Shown: positions 13,206 to 26,800 of the stretch, piece after piece | Layout of the letters: each line of letters starts with the position of its first letter | How positions within the stretch are numbered: position 1 is the stretch's first letter | Assembly: GCF_006345805.1 (NCBI RefSeq) | Contig: NC_043017.1 | Span: 29,140,001 to 29,204,000, forward strand | Reading direction: 5' to 3' | Length of the DNA stretch: 64,000 nt | Source: Octopus sinensis | Lineage: Eukaryota | Notes under the pieces: generated by a model | The model's database searches: none | What the model saw: only the letters and a program-made list of their open reading frames with translations | Told to the model about the DNA's origin: nothing | Made by a program: the position numbers and the translations under genes

Positions 13206-14139
13206 TTAATTTAACTGGTGATAGACACTCGACTGCTAGACATAGCAGCGGCACATCTCTCTACCATGGATATGACAGTGCCTGAACAGGCACTAATGCC
13301 GCGATTAGCCAGTGAGCTTGTTAAAAAAGTATAAATCAGATTCTGTATTGATACCGAGATGTAATGTTCGTTCACATTTAAACGTGGACTCTGGTGCAAT
13401 AAATACCATGGGATAAACATATAGGCTTTTGTTGCAATATGCGCGCTTGTTCACATCGATAGTGGGGAGATAACTCCCCACCAACACCCACGCAGAGTTA
13501 ACCTGGTCACGTTATTTCGACCTTCCTTGGTTTCATCGGTGATGGACACTCGACACAAAGATGTGCTGATGAAATGACTAAGTGTCGCATATTTCTGCTT
13601 TTTCAAATATTTTACCTTTGTATTGCAGCAATGTGAAACCATTAATGCCAACATTTCGAATACACTGTTGGGATATATTAATGTAATTTATGCAAAACAA
13701 TCTATTTAAGGAAATATCTATACATTCTATTTTTATAATTGCTCATATTCTTGTTACTAAGATTATTATTTTTTATATTCCACAAAAGGTTTCGTTTGAT
13801 TATATTTGTTTAATTACATAGCGAACCAATTAGCTTCGAAGAGATATCGAGTGCGTATTTGGTACAGATGTCCTTTTCCAATGTTACAGCTAGCATTCGA
13901 ACCCTGACCGCCTAGCCTTCTTTTCTACCTTACTTTAATTTCGTGCGTTCGATAATTGTTCTAATTTTACAGTCGACCACGCAGAGATTTCTTCTTTGGC
14001 TTAATTAATATAAGGAGGCTTTGCGTACGATATCCTCTAAGTGTTTCCTGTTTCCATTAACTGTAATTATGAAGATAGATCAATATGTTGGGGTGGGTGC
14101 ACGAATTTCTAGAATTCAGATACATATATACATGTGTAG

Positions 14140-14800
<661 letters not shown>

Positions 14801-14957
14801 ATGTGAATGTATGTTTCAAAGTTTCGTTAGAGCAGACAATGAACCTGTTTCAGACTAGAAAATAATCGACGTTTTATTTAGAATCAATACAATAGTTATG
14901 TATGTATGTATGTATGTATGTATGTATGTATGTATGTATGTATGTATGTATGTATGT

Positions 14958-15274
14958 ATCTTCGTAGTCATAAAGAGAGACAGATGAGTGAAAAACTTGC
15001 CAATGGTGGTGGTGTTACTCACCATGCTAATTATATCTGTCTGGAATGTAGAAGAGAGTGTAATTCGGCAGGAGGACCTAAACGACTTGCAAAGGTACAT
15101 GAAGCCCAGTTACAACTACAGTCGGCTATTACCGGTAAAGGTTTTAGTTGCCAATTCTGTACAAGACATTGTAGATCTTTGGCTGGGCTAAAATGTCACA
15201 TTCGATCACAGCACCAGTAACAGTTAAGCTTTGTGCAATGGCCATACTCGATAACGAGGGGCAGCCTTAAATGA

Positions 15275-15307
<33 letters not shown>

Positions 15308-15330
15308 TGTATGTATATATGTATGTATGT
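14958..15330 (+). mobile_element. 3' end of an RTE-type LINE (C-terminal zinc-finger motifs, short 3' UTR, (TATG)n tail)
   Basis: CLECRRECNSAGG..H and CQFCTRHCRSLAGLKCHIRSQH* match the C..C.R.C.S..GL..H.R end of RTE ORFs; no start context; (TATG)n on both sides. Confidence 0.65.
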
Positions 15331-15660
15331 AGAATGTATATGTATGTATATGAGAGTGTTTTAACGGGTCTATGCGCGTGTATATGTATGATTCCATCCA
15401 TATATATGCATGAATTAAGGGTGTACCTATATTTCCTTTCGCACTTGAGTAATTTATCTGGAGTTTCATGTAATTCCATTTTTTTACCTGTAAGATGTAA
15501 TCTATGCCCGTGTACATGTGCGTATATTTCAATACTTGCCTAATGTTTTACATAACTTTTTCTGTCTTTAGTCCAGAACTGTTTCACCTGATCTCTGAGT
15601 TCATTGAGTGCTTTTGACCGCCGCAGGGATTCTGGCACGCCTACGATTTCAGGATATTCT

Positions 15661-16026
15661 TTTCTATTCTAGACAAAAGGCCCGAAATTTTAGGTGACGG
15701 GACTTGTCGATTAGGTCGACTCCAGTACACAACTGGTACTTAATTTATCGACCCAGAAAGGATGAAAGGCAAATTCGACCTCGGTGGAATTTGAACTCTG
15801 AACGTAAAGACTAACAAAATACATATTTCTTTACTACCCACAAGGAGCTAAACACAGAGAGGACAAACAAGGATAGACAAACGGATTAAGTCGATTATAT
15901 CGAACCCAGTGCGTAACTACTACTTATTTAATCGACCCCGGAGGAATTTGAACTCAGAACTTAGCGGCAGACGAAATACCACTAAGTATTTCGCCCGGCG
16001 TGTAACGATTCTGCCCACTCGCCACC
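15661..16026 (-). mobile_element. SINE C tandem: headed copy with Tx1-like tail (15822-16026) joined to a headless tail-1 copy (15661-15821)
   Basis: Two GAATTTGAACTC B-box segments; tail TTTCTTTACTACCCACAAGGAGCTAAACAC at ~15825. Confidence 0.88.
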
Positions 16027-16176
16027 ATTTTTGTCTCAACAAACCCCGAGACACTGTGATTGATCTTAAGATTACACGCTAAAAATATAGGATTAATACT
16101 TCTCTCAGCTTTCTAGAAATAACAGCACATTGTCCTTCAAACATATTATTTCTTCCAATGTCGTTATTTAATGTAA

Positions 16177-16400
16177 GGCAGTGAACTGGTAGAATGTTTA
16201 GCGCGCCGGACAAAATGCTTAGCGGCATTTCGTTCGTCTGTACGTTCTGAATTTTATTTCCGGAGAGGTCCACTTTGCCTTTCATCCACTCAGATTCGAA
16301 AAAATAAATACCAGTCGAGTAGTGGCGTCGATTAAATCGTCTAAAACCCTCCCTACCACCGAAATTGCGACCTTCGTGCAAAAATATAAAACATATTATC
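16177..16400 (+). mobile_element. SINE family C, diverged
   Basis: TGAACTGGTAGAATGTTTAGCGCGCCGG..ACTTTGCCTTTCATCC. Confidence 0.8.
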
Positions 16401-17484
16401 CTTATAGAATGTAGTCGCATTACTCTTGTAGATACAAGATATTCATTGCTGAAACACTATGGATGGATATGTAGCCAAGATGCTTTCTTTTCCTGTGTTT
16501 TTAACATCACTGCAAGACAAATTACTTTTACTACGGCACCTACCTCATATTTTGTCCAGCTTGATAAAGGTTATATCTAACAGTTATTGACTGTGCCCGC
16601 TAACATCACCATAAGTCTGCATATATTTCTCTTCAGTTCTGTTCTGCCTACGCATTATTTTGTGGGGTTTTTAGTTTCTTTATATTATATCTCTTGTGTC
16701 AATATTTTCGACCAGCTATTTTCAATGCCTGTCATATCTTCTATGTTTAAATCCATAGATCCTTCCTCCGCTATCTTATTTAGATATTTTCTCACAAATA
16801 TTTTGGCCCATAGGTATTTGCTTTTTAATTTGTGTTCAGAAGCATCTTCAAAGCGAGAACAAATTGAATAGCGGTTGCTGCCAAAACAGCCGATAACGAT
16901 TGTACTTGTTGCAGTCACTGCGAAGCTCTTTCATAACACAGCCATGCGTAGACTTCTACTGAGGAAGAGAAATACTGATAAAGAGAAATGTTGCTTTGTT
17001 GTGATGAATCTTGAGAATACCGTTCTGCTTATACCTGGTCATCAATCAGGGAATAATCTGTTATGTTGTCCTTTCCTACTCTCACGATGAAATTCTTTTT
17101 ATCAGGAGTATTAGACACGTCAGTACTAGAAACGTAACGTGAGAAGACTTACCCTCGTTTTATAATAAGTTATTATGCTTTATCCTTGTCACAATTCACG
17201 CCTATAGAACTTATGAACATCGTAACAAGGTCATATGTTTGTGTGTGCGTATGCATGTATATATTCGTTTTCATATATGCATATGTGTGTATAGGTATTT
17301 CCTTCAGGAGACTCAAAAAGGCATTTTCTTTAATAGGAGTCATTCAGATTCTGAAAGCTCTTTAAATATTTGTATAAATTTTAATTAATAAATATCAAAT
17401 CCCTGACGAAAATGTGATGAATTATAAGTTAGAAGTTCAGATTAAAGTTGTACTACTGTTATTTACTGTTACACTCACGTTCTT

Positions 17485-17578
<94 letters not shown>

Positions 17579-17889
17579 TATCTACCAAACTTTCTGTCTC
17601 CTATCTTTGGCTCTCTCATTCTCTCTCGCCTTATCAAATTCTTATTTCCTTTTCACTCGTTCGTTCGGTCTAAAACTTCATTTCCGAATAAACCAATCCC
17701 CAATCGACAAAAGATATTGTTGATAATTATCTTGAGAAAGTAATAAAATTATATAGAGAAACATACACAATTATAAGTTTGGAAAGTTTTGGACAATATT
17801 ATCAGAGATTGTTTCGAAAATAACTAGCAGCTAGAGAGACAGACATGGCGAGAAAGACAGAGATTGACAAAGAGAGGCGGATAAAACGG

Positions 17890-17908
17890 GTGTATATATA
17901 TATATGTA

Positions 17909-17940
<32 letters not shown>

Positions 17941-18031
17941 GTCACAGTTAGTCACACCAACACATAAACACACATCTTTAAATGTAGCAGCGTACATCTC
18001 TCTCTCTATCTATCTATCTATGTATATATAT

Positions 18032-18063
<32 letters not shown>

Positions 18064-18082
18064 ATATATATATATACATATT

Positions 18083-18123
<41 letters not shown>

Positions 18124-18340
18124 GTGTATATATATATATATATATATTAATACCTATTCATATATATGTATATTTGTATGTATGCATGTATATATTTACA
18201 CATGTATATACATATGTGTATGTATGTATGTATCTATCTATCTATCAATATATATATATGTGTGTGTGTGTGTATGCATATATGTATGTGCGTATGTATA
18301 TATGTATGTTTGCATATATTTACATACACACACAAATATA

Positions 18341-18392
<52 letters not shown>

Positions 18393-18500
18393 TGCATGTG
18401 TGTGCATGTATATATCTATATGTGTGTCTATATATATGTGCGTATGTATTTATATATATATATATTCATGTATATATGTATGTGTGTATATACATATGTG

Positions 18501-18557
<57 letters not shown>

Positions 18558-18690
18558 ACTTATGTATGAATTCATGTAGGTATGTGTGTGTGTGTGTGTA
18601 CTTATGTATGAATTCATGTAAGTATGCATGTGTGTGTGTGCGTATGTATACACAGGCAGACGTGTGTGTGCCCATGTGTGTGAGTGTGTA
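17890..18690. repeat. (TA)n/(TG)n compound microsatellite
   Basis: Direct reading; source of the Y/I/V/C ORFs. Confidence 0.95.
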
Positions 18691-19199
18691 TACAAATATG
18701 GCTTCGTTATTTAATAGATTGAAAAGTATAAAAGAAGCGATACTTCAGGGAGAAATATTTCTTTTAGGCTTCTGCAAATGAAATACGAGCAGTAAATAAA
18801 GCGGCCGTTCCCATATGATTGTCTCAAAAACACTATTTTGCCATTAACAACAGTTAAAAGCTTACGTTATTTAGTACAAAAGATTTTTTTAAAAGAAATA
18901 CTAATCAAATCTGCGCCTTAAAAGGTGTCAGAATGCGGCTCCAGAAATATATTTTCTTTATATACATTTGAATGCTTCTTGTTTTCCCTCATTCGCAATA
19001 ACTATTAATTTCTTCATATGTGTCTAAAAGCAATGAACTAAATTCAACAACGGTCCATATTTATTTATTTTGTGTTTTTCGTTTTATTTATTTATTTTTT
19101 TTTTTGTAAAACCCTTACTGCTAATCTACTACTCTCACTACTACTCCTTCACCTCCTGCTTGACATTCTTCACAAATACATACAAATAAAATTTAAATG

Positions 19200-19593
19200 T
19201 CACTGTGTCTCTCATCGCGACGTCCACCACCACCACCACCACCACCAGCATCATCACCACCACCACCAGCAGCAGCATCATCAACATCATCGTCATTATC
19301 GTGATTATCGCTATCATCATGATCGGCATCCTCAAAATTACCATCACCATCATTGTCATCATTACAATGATCACGACTGACGCCGTCGTCGTCATCGTCT
19401 TCATCATCCACATCATCATCATCAGCAGCAGCAGTAGCAGTGTCACTACTATGATCATTAATATGGTCGTCTTCATCTTCTTCTTCAACACCATCATCAT
19501 CATCATCGCTCTCGTAGTCATCGTCATCGTCAGGATCAACATCATCATCATCATCATCACCATCATCATCATCAGCATCACCACCACCACCGC

Positions 19594-19626
<33 letters not shown>

Positions 19627-20177
19627 TATCATAGTCGTCGTCGTCAGGATCACCATCATCATCATCATCATGATCACAATCATCATCATCATCATCATCA
19701 TCATCGTCATCGTCATCATCATCATCATCATCATCATCGTTCTCATAGTCGTGGTCGTCGTGGTCGTCAGGATCACCATCATCATCGTCATCATGATTAC
19801 AATCATCATCATCATCATCATATCCATCATCGTCATCATCATAATCATCGTTCTCGTAGTCGTCGTTGTCAGCATCACCACCACCACCACCATCATCATC
19901 ATCATCGTCATCATCATCATCGTCATCTTCATCATCACCGTCACCTTTCCCATCCCTAATCATCAACCTCGATAGTCATAATAAACTTCACTACCACCAA
20001 GAACAACCACCCCGCCAACTGACTACCACCACCCGCAACGACTCCATCAGTCTCAGCATGAACACTCTCATCATCATCATCATCATCAACATCATCATAA
20101 TCAGCTTTATTACCATTGCCAACATTATCATCATCATCATCATCATCATCATAATTTTCATTATTGTCTGCGTCATC

Positions 20178-20209
<32 letters not shown>

Positions 20210-20385
20210 CAGTAGCAGTAGCAACAACAGTTACAACAACAACAACAACTGCATGAAAAACTACCGCCATCATTCATACCATAAGTGTCGTCGCTGCCTG
20301 CACCATCATCACCACCACCACCACCACCACAACCCCGTAACCATCGTAACCATTATCATTGTCACCATCACTCATAATAGTGAAT
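19200..20385. repeat. (CAT)n/(CAC)n trinucleotide array with higher-order subunits
   Basis: Recurring GTCAGGATCACCATCATC and ATCACCACCACCACC blocks. Confidence 0.95.
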
Positions 20386-20740
20386 AGTAACTGTACTTTA
20401 ATAATAATGGCGAATAATATTATTGATTGCTTTTAATAGCATTTCTACAAGCAGAATTGAAAATATATAAAACTATATGGGCCAATAAAAAAAGGACAAT
20501 TTAAAATCTGATTTTGTACATATTGAATGCCTTCCGCTTTTACAATATAAGACAAGGTTGTGCTTTAACAGAGGTCTTCTATGAAAGGGGTTTTATCCAG
20601 GAATATAAAGGCGAAAAATACATATGAAATATAGTCAATAAACCCAGAATAACACAATGGTTTCCATTTATTAGCACAGAGCCAGAAGTTTTTTGAGGGG
20701 AGGGGGAAAACGATCGCATGGAGTCCGGTATTTTCCTGGT

Positions 20741-20942
20741 CTCTTTTACTTGTTTCAGTCATTTGACTGTGGCCATGTTGGTGCACCACTTTTCAGTCGA
20801 GCAAATCGACCCCGGGACTTATTTTTTGTAAGCCTAGAACTTATTCGATCGGGCTCTTTTGCCGAACCGCTAAGTTTACGGGGACGTAAACACACCAGCA
20901 TCGGTTGTCAAGCGATGTTGGGGGGACAAACACAGACACACA

Positions 20943-20999
<57 letters not shown>

Positions 21000-21108
21000 T
21001 TATATATACACATATTTACGACGGGCTTCTTTCAGTTTCAGTCTACCGAATCCACTCACAAGGTTTGGTCGACCTGAGGCTATAGTAGAAGACACTTGAC
21101 CAAGGTGC
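20741..21108 (-). mobile_element. SINE family A, head missing
   Basis: CTCTTTTACTTGTTTCAGTCATTTGAC..CTATAGTAGAAGACACTTG. Confidence 0.9.
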
Positions 21109-21392
21109 TGTTTTTACTACAAAAATATTGCTTTCACATTTTGGCGTGGAGCTAGTAATTTTTGAGTGAAAGAAGACGTCGGTTATATTGACCACAGTAC
21201 ATGACTGGTACTTATGTTATCAACTCCGAGAGGATGAAAATTGATGTCGGTGCAATGTGAGGGCAGAATGTAAAGACAAATGAAATACTGCGAAGTATTT
21301 TGTTCGATATGTTAAAGATTCTGGCAGCTTGTCGCATTTAGTGCTTCCCTAATTGTTTCAAACTTTGTCACTGAGCCGACGTGTACCGTTAA

Positions 21393-21783
21393 TGTGAGGC
21401 GCAATGGCCCAGTGGTTACGGCAGTGGACTCGCTGTCATAGGATCGTGGTTTCGATTCTCAGACCGGGCGTTGTGAGTGTTTATTGAACGAAAACACCTA
21501 AAGATCCACGAGCCTCCGGCAGGGGATGGTGGTGATCCCTGTTGTACTCTTTCACCACAACTTTCTCTCACTCTTACTTCCTGTTTCTGTTGTACCTGTA
21601 TTTTCAAAGGGTCGGCCTTGTCACTCTCTGTGTCACGCTGAATATTTCCCCGAGAACTACGTTAGGAGTACACGTGTCTGTGGAGTGCTCAGCCACTTAC
21701 ACGTTAATTTCACGAGCAAGCTGTTCCGTTGATTCGGATCAACCGGAACCATCGTCGTCGTAACCGACGGAGTGCTTCCATCC
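21393..21783 (+). mobile_element. SINE B2 inserted into an older antisense B2
   Basis: 8-bp TSD ACCGTTAA (21385-21392 / 21784-21791). Confidence 0.92.
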
Positions 21784-21791
21784 ACCGTTAA

Positions 21792-22025
21792 CGTAGTCGA
21801 TGGGGAGATTCAGCGTGACACAGAGTGTGACATACAGGTACCTTTGAAATACAGGTACAACAGAAAAGAGGAATAAAGTATAAGAGAAAGTTGTGGTGAA
21901 AGAGTACAGCATGGTTCGCCAGCGACCCTGTCTGAGAGTCGTGGAGCTTTAGGTGTTTTCGCTCAATAAAGACTCATAACGCCCATTCTGAGTCCACTGC
22001 CCTAACCAATGAGCCATAGCTCCTC
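21792..22025 (-). mobile_element. Older SINE B2 (interrupted; remainder at ~21371-21392)
   Basis: Reverse complement of the B head and body through ..ACTACGTTAA. Confidence 0.88.
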
Positions 22026-22112
22026 GACTGTAGCTATATATGTCTATATGTAAGGGTGTTTGCTTATCGGAGATGTGTGTTTATGTGCGTGTTCCCACTT
22101 AAGAGATGTACA

Positions 22113-22544
22113 TCTTCTCTATATATAAACGGCAGTTTGTCTGTCTGTGTGTCTGTGTGTCTGTCAGGTTGTACCCTCACCCTGACCACAGCTTTCAACC
22201 GATTCTGATGAAACTTGACACACACATAGCCCCAATGTCATAATTCAAAACTAACGCAGCGAAAATTTTGAAAAGTTCCCCCAGTTCTGAAAAAAATCGA
22301 TAAATTCGACATGGGGTCGAGAATCTAAGCTTTTTATATGCAACACATTTTCTGTTGTAGTTTTTGCAACTTGCAATCGGGAGACAGCTAGGAACATCGT
22401 ATACACAGAAGTATTCGAGTGAAGAGAAGACATTGCAACCTACACATGCGCCTTCGTTCCCTAGAGGGAAAGAACTAGATTGGGATTAGTTGTTGCCTAC
22501 TAGGGGCTCTTACATACCTGGGCAACGCCGGGCTATGCTGCTAG
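22113..22544 (+). mobile_element. Non-autonomous Helitron
   Basis: A|TC..CTATATATAAA start, internal (GTCT)n, 3' hairpin CCTGGGCAACGCCGGG (22517-22532), CTAG|T end, no TSD. Confidence 0.85.
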
Positions 22545-23166
22545 TTCATAATAATTAGAGTTCATTTAAAGTTCACTTTTACATCAGTTTCTTTGCATGG
22601 AATTTGCGTTGTTTTAGTCATTAGAGCGATTTGTCACGTGTCATGATTAAACGCAGTCGCCATATTGGATGTACAAACGCAATAAGTGTAAAACCCAAAA
22701 TTTTAAAGACATTTTTCTATTGTTTACCCCCAGTTTTAAAAATGTAGCGATGCCTTTGAATATTATGGTCCTTTTTAAAATTACACCAATTTATGTTCAT
22801 TTGCTCATGCTCCAAATAAATCGTGCTTTGAAGGGAGAGACAAAAAGAGGTTTTCCTACTGCAAAAAACCATTTATAGTATTCAACATAATCTTATTTTC
22901 GTACTCATAGACTCACAAGAGCGACAGTTATTCGCATCCTCATTGGTGCTTTGCAACAGCCAAAGTAAACACAAAGCCTTGTCGTGGAAGGTCGAAGGAA
23001 CCTGATATCATTGAAAATACATGGTTGGCGACCTTTTTCTTATCAGTGCGCGCATTAAAGCAAGTGTTGCTTGTCTAAGATATAGGAAGATGTTGAGAGA
23101 GATATGGTACAACCCAGAACACAAAAATTGGATAGAATTTCCCCACCAACATCCTCATCATCATTA

Positions 23167-23229
<63 letters not shown>

Positions 23230-23256
23230 CATCATCATTATTATTATTAATTAGCA

Positions 23257-23715
23257 GAGGCGGCTAGCTGGCAGAATCGTTAGCGCACTGGACGAAATGA
23301 TTAGCAGTATTTCACCCGTCGTTACGTTCTGAGTTCAAATTTTGTTGAGGTCGGATTTGCCTCTCACCCTTTCGGGGTCGATAAAATAAGTACCAGCTGG
23401 GTACTGAGGTAGATTTAATCGACTCCACACCATCCCAGAATTTGCTGGCCTCGTGTAAAAATTTTAAATCATTATTATTAATATTAATACTATCTATTAT
23501 TATTTTCATTATTATTATTCTCACAGGCGGCGAGCTGGCAGAAACGTTAGCACGCCGGGTGAAATACGGAGCCGTATTACGTTTGCCGTTACGTTCTGAG
23601 TTCAAATTCCGCCGAGGTCGACTTTGCCTTTCATCCTTTCGGGATCGATAAATTAAGTACCAGTTACACACTGGTACAATGTAATCGACTACAATGTAAT
23701 CGACTTCATCCATTA
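23257..23715 (+). mobile_element. Two adjacent SINE C copies (about 23257-23480 and 23525-23715), each after an (ATT)n-like run
   Basis: Both carry GGCGG..GCTGGCAGAA.CGTTAGC heads and GAGTTCAAAT B boxes. Confidence 0.9.
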
Positions 23716-23917
23716 CCTCAATGGACGTCATTGATTGGTTGAAATTGCAGAAATTGAAGAAAAAAAAACAACAAATATCTTACAAACTATAGAATTTTCT
23801 CAATAAAGCCAAGAGAAAAAGATGTTTTATAAACACATTCAACCAGTATACGAAGTTTAAAACTTTTTAGTTACCTAGAAATTATGTTAAAAACTGCCGT
23901 TCAAACCGAAAAGATCC
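23716..23917 (-). mobile_element. Half copy of the GGATCTTTT MITE
   Basis: Ends AAAAACTGCCGTTCAAACCGAAAAGATCC; matches the 39.6-41.5 kb copies. Confidence 0.9.
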
Positions 23918-24435
23918 GTCAAAAGAGTTGAAAATAAACAACACCATGGACTATAACCAAAAAAAAAAAAAAAAATTAATCAAGAGGCAAATAAACATGG
24001 AATAAATAGACAGTTCTTTAGAGGTTTTTAGAGAGTTCTTTCATTTACGTCCGAAAATGTATAATCATCTTTTGGTGAACTCTTCTTTTATTCACCAGTC
24101 TCATGATTAACTTTCTTTTATATCTTTTTCGACTGCACTGTTATTATTTCCGAATTCACCGTAGCGTTCCTTATTCTTTGCGTTACCAAGTTCAGAGCGA
24201 CTATTCACACAGCAAGTTCGAACCGTCCACTACTAACCGCCGAATGTAAATTCACGCTCGACACCAAATATTGTTTTGACTGTTCCACACGAATACCCAC
24301 CCGTACCATCTGACATTCCACTGCCTCACATTGACTAAAATGGCACCGATTACTACATAAGACAGTTCAAATCTGCTTCCAGCACGTCAATGTCACATAT
24401 CGTCTTCTAGCAGATTCGAACCAGCGTCACCGCTT

Positions 24436-26800
24436 GTTTTATTATTACCCACAAGGGGCGAACATAGATGGGACAATACAATCTGATGATGGGGTCAGAC
24501 ACACGAATGGGTTTTTACAATAAATCGAATTTAAAAATTTTCATGAATTACAATAAATGGACAGAAATCGAATGATGGGACAGACCGGAAGACATTACGG
24601 GTGGAGTGGGTGCGGGTTTAGCTCGGACCCCACGAGCCCCGCCTCCCCACTGATACTTTTGGTTGCGCTTGGTATTACATTTATGTTGTATCTTTCACTC
24701 GCAACTTTCGTGCTACATCCTTCCATCGTTCTTCATACACTCTCCTAGTCAGGCATATTCTCTCCAGCCCTATCTTCCTTTTCAGGTGAAAGACGAAATA
24801 CTTCATCAAACCAGGGCCGGAGATGAACTTGCCTGACTGTACACCTTTCATTCTCGTCTTCCATATCACCTCTTTCGCAATTACTACTACAACGAGAAAA
24901 CGAAACTTACCTTCATTCACGAGGAAATCCGGTGGGTCAATTTTTGTAATCGACTCAGTCGACAGCTGTACTCTTCGTGTACCTGACAACAGCTGTTCGG
25001 CATAAACCCACACCTCAGACACGTCCGGACAATGAACAATAGCGTGCGGGACGGTTTCCCTATCCCGCCCGCATCTTGGACATATCGGACTGTCTTGGCC
25101 ACCGTGCCTTGCGAGTTTATCCCGAACAGGTAGAGCTCCTCTGTAGCATTGCCATGCCAGAGACTTCTGGAAGTTGTCCAGTGTCCTCGGCTCGAACGTA
25201 CGTCGGAACAGACTGGCCAGCTGATTATCGTCGAGACCTAGGGTTTCCCCCAAGGTATCTTCACATTCCGCCTCTACCAACCCTCTATAGAAGAATGTGG
25301 TGGAACCCCCACCGCAGGCGTTGCCCGAGCGACGGAATAGCAGGAGAGCCTTGCGACACTCCGTGTACCAAGTACCAAGTTTCGATCTACGATTCAGCCA
25401 GGTTTCCCATCCACCGAAACTAGTGAACTTGGGAAACATCAGTTTTGCTAGCGAAGACCACACCCGTTCACCATCCAGGTAGAGCCACAGATGTCTTAAC
25501 CTCAGCGCATGTCTGCGCATCATCAGCCAAGGCATCCCTAGCCCACCCTTTAACGGTTGTTGACAGCAAGTAGAGCGTTTCACAAGTGGTTTCCCGCCCT
25601 TCCACAAGAAGTAGAAGAGCTGTCTTTCCAACTTGATCAACCACGAATCAGGGCAAGGAACGACGGAAAGGCGGTAGGTGATAACCGATGCGATAAACAC
25701 ATTGCCCACCTCCGCCCTCCCTTTCAGGGATAGCCACCGCCAAGACCAGGTCTTGGCTACTGCAGCCACCTTGCTCGTTACCCCACCTCGCCCCAATTCT
25801 TCTCTATTTGGAGGTCTGGACCGAACCAGACCCCTAGCAGTTTAATCGGACCCTCCGTCCAACGTCCCACGATGCTGTCAGGAGGCATCGACTTGCCTCT
25901 CCAGGTGCCGAGTTGCAAGCCGACTGACTTTTCACGATTAACTTTTGCTCCTGTCACCGTCTCGTAAACCTCTATGGCCTTGCCTACTTTACATAGGTGG
26001 TCCATTTCGGTTACGATGATGGTGATGTCATCCGCGTACGCTGACACTGATTTTCCATTACCTGGCTGTCTCGGGATGCCGCTCAGTTTTCGCAGTAATG
26101 GCTCAAGAGCCATCACGTACAAAAGCGGGGAGAGAGGACACCCTTGACGAACCGAGCGTTTGATTTTGAACGGCTTCGACAAGAAGCCGTTCACCCGAAC
26201 TACCGAGTCGATGTTATCATAAATTTGGATAATCCACCTGAGGAAGCCAAGGCTCAGCCCGAACTGTGCCAGGGCAGATACCAGGTAACGATGGTCGACC
26301 CTATCAAAAGCTTTAGATTGGTCTAAATGGACCAGTGCCCTACCCTTGCCAGAATCACTATTAAACCCCTCTATAGTGTACCGCATTAGATGGAGATTAT
26401 CCTGAATGGATCTGCCCGGAACGGCACATGTCTGTGCCTCTCCGATCAGACCATCCGCGACACGCGCCAATCTTTTCGATAACACTTTGGCCAAAATCTT
26501 CAACTCTGTGTTTAGCAGAGTGATGGGCCTGAAATTATCAATGCACTCCCCCTTGCTCGGGTCCTTTCTGACGAGAGTCACTACTCCCCGGCGCACAGAT
26601 CTGGGTATAAGCCCGTTCTGCTGCCAGTTCGCATAGACCTCCGCCAGTAGGTGCCCGAACAAGTCTGGCATACTCTTATATAACTCATAGGGTAGACCAT
26701 CCAGACCCGGCGCCTTGCCCGCGCCGCAGTCCGCCATTGCCTCAACCACCTCCTCAGGCGTGATTGGCCCTTCACAGCCCTCCGCATCTCGCCCCGATAA
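24436..26800 (-). mobile_element. 5'-truncated L1/Tx1-clade LINE (RT, C-terminal zinc knuckle, 3' UTR)
   Basis: GKAPGLDG, FRPITLLN, LDQSKAFDRVDH, SVRQGCPLSP, YADD and CPRCG..ETVPHAIVHC motifs; 3' end GCCCCTTGTGGGTAATAATAAAA. Confidence 0.95.
24681..26800 (-). pseudogene. Tx1 ORF2 remnant with one frameshift near 25790
   Basis: ORFs 25778-26839 and 24681-25796 join at NWGEV/TSKV; endonuclease domain absent. Confidence 0.9.

Noticed and set aside
13211-13654. GC-elevated island with peptide-like frames on both strands (e.g. IDTRLLDIAAAHLSTMDMTVPEQALMPRL, VDSGA)
   Set aside because: No consistent frame or family assignment by eye; a tBLASTx search would be needed
14906-15220. Host C2H2 zinc-finger gene
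   Set aside because: Only two degenerate motifs, no start or splice context, and the signature and microsatellite tail of an RTE LINE end
16685-17090. Decayed apurinic endonuclease or host exon
   Set aside because: Motif resemblance needs several frameshifts and there are no convincing splice sites
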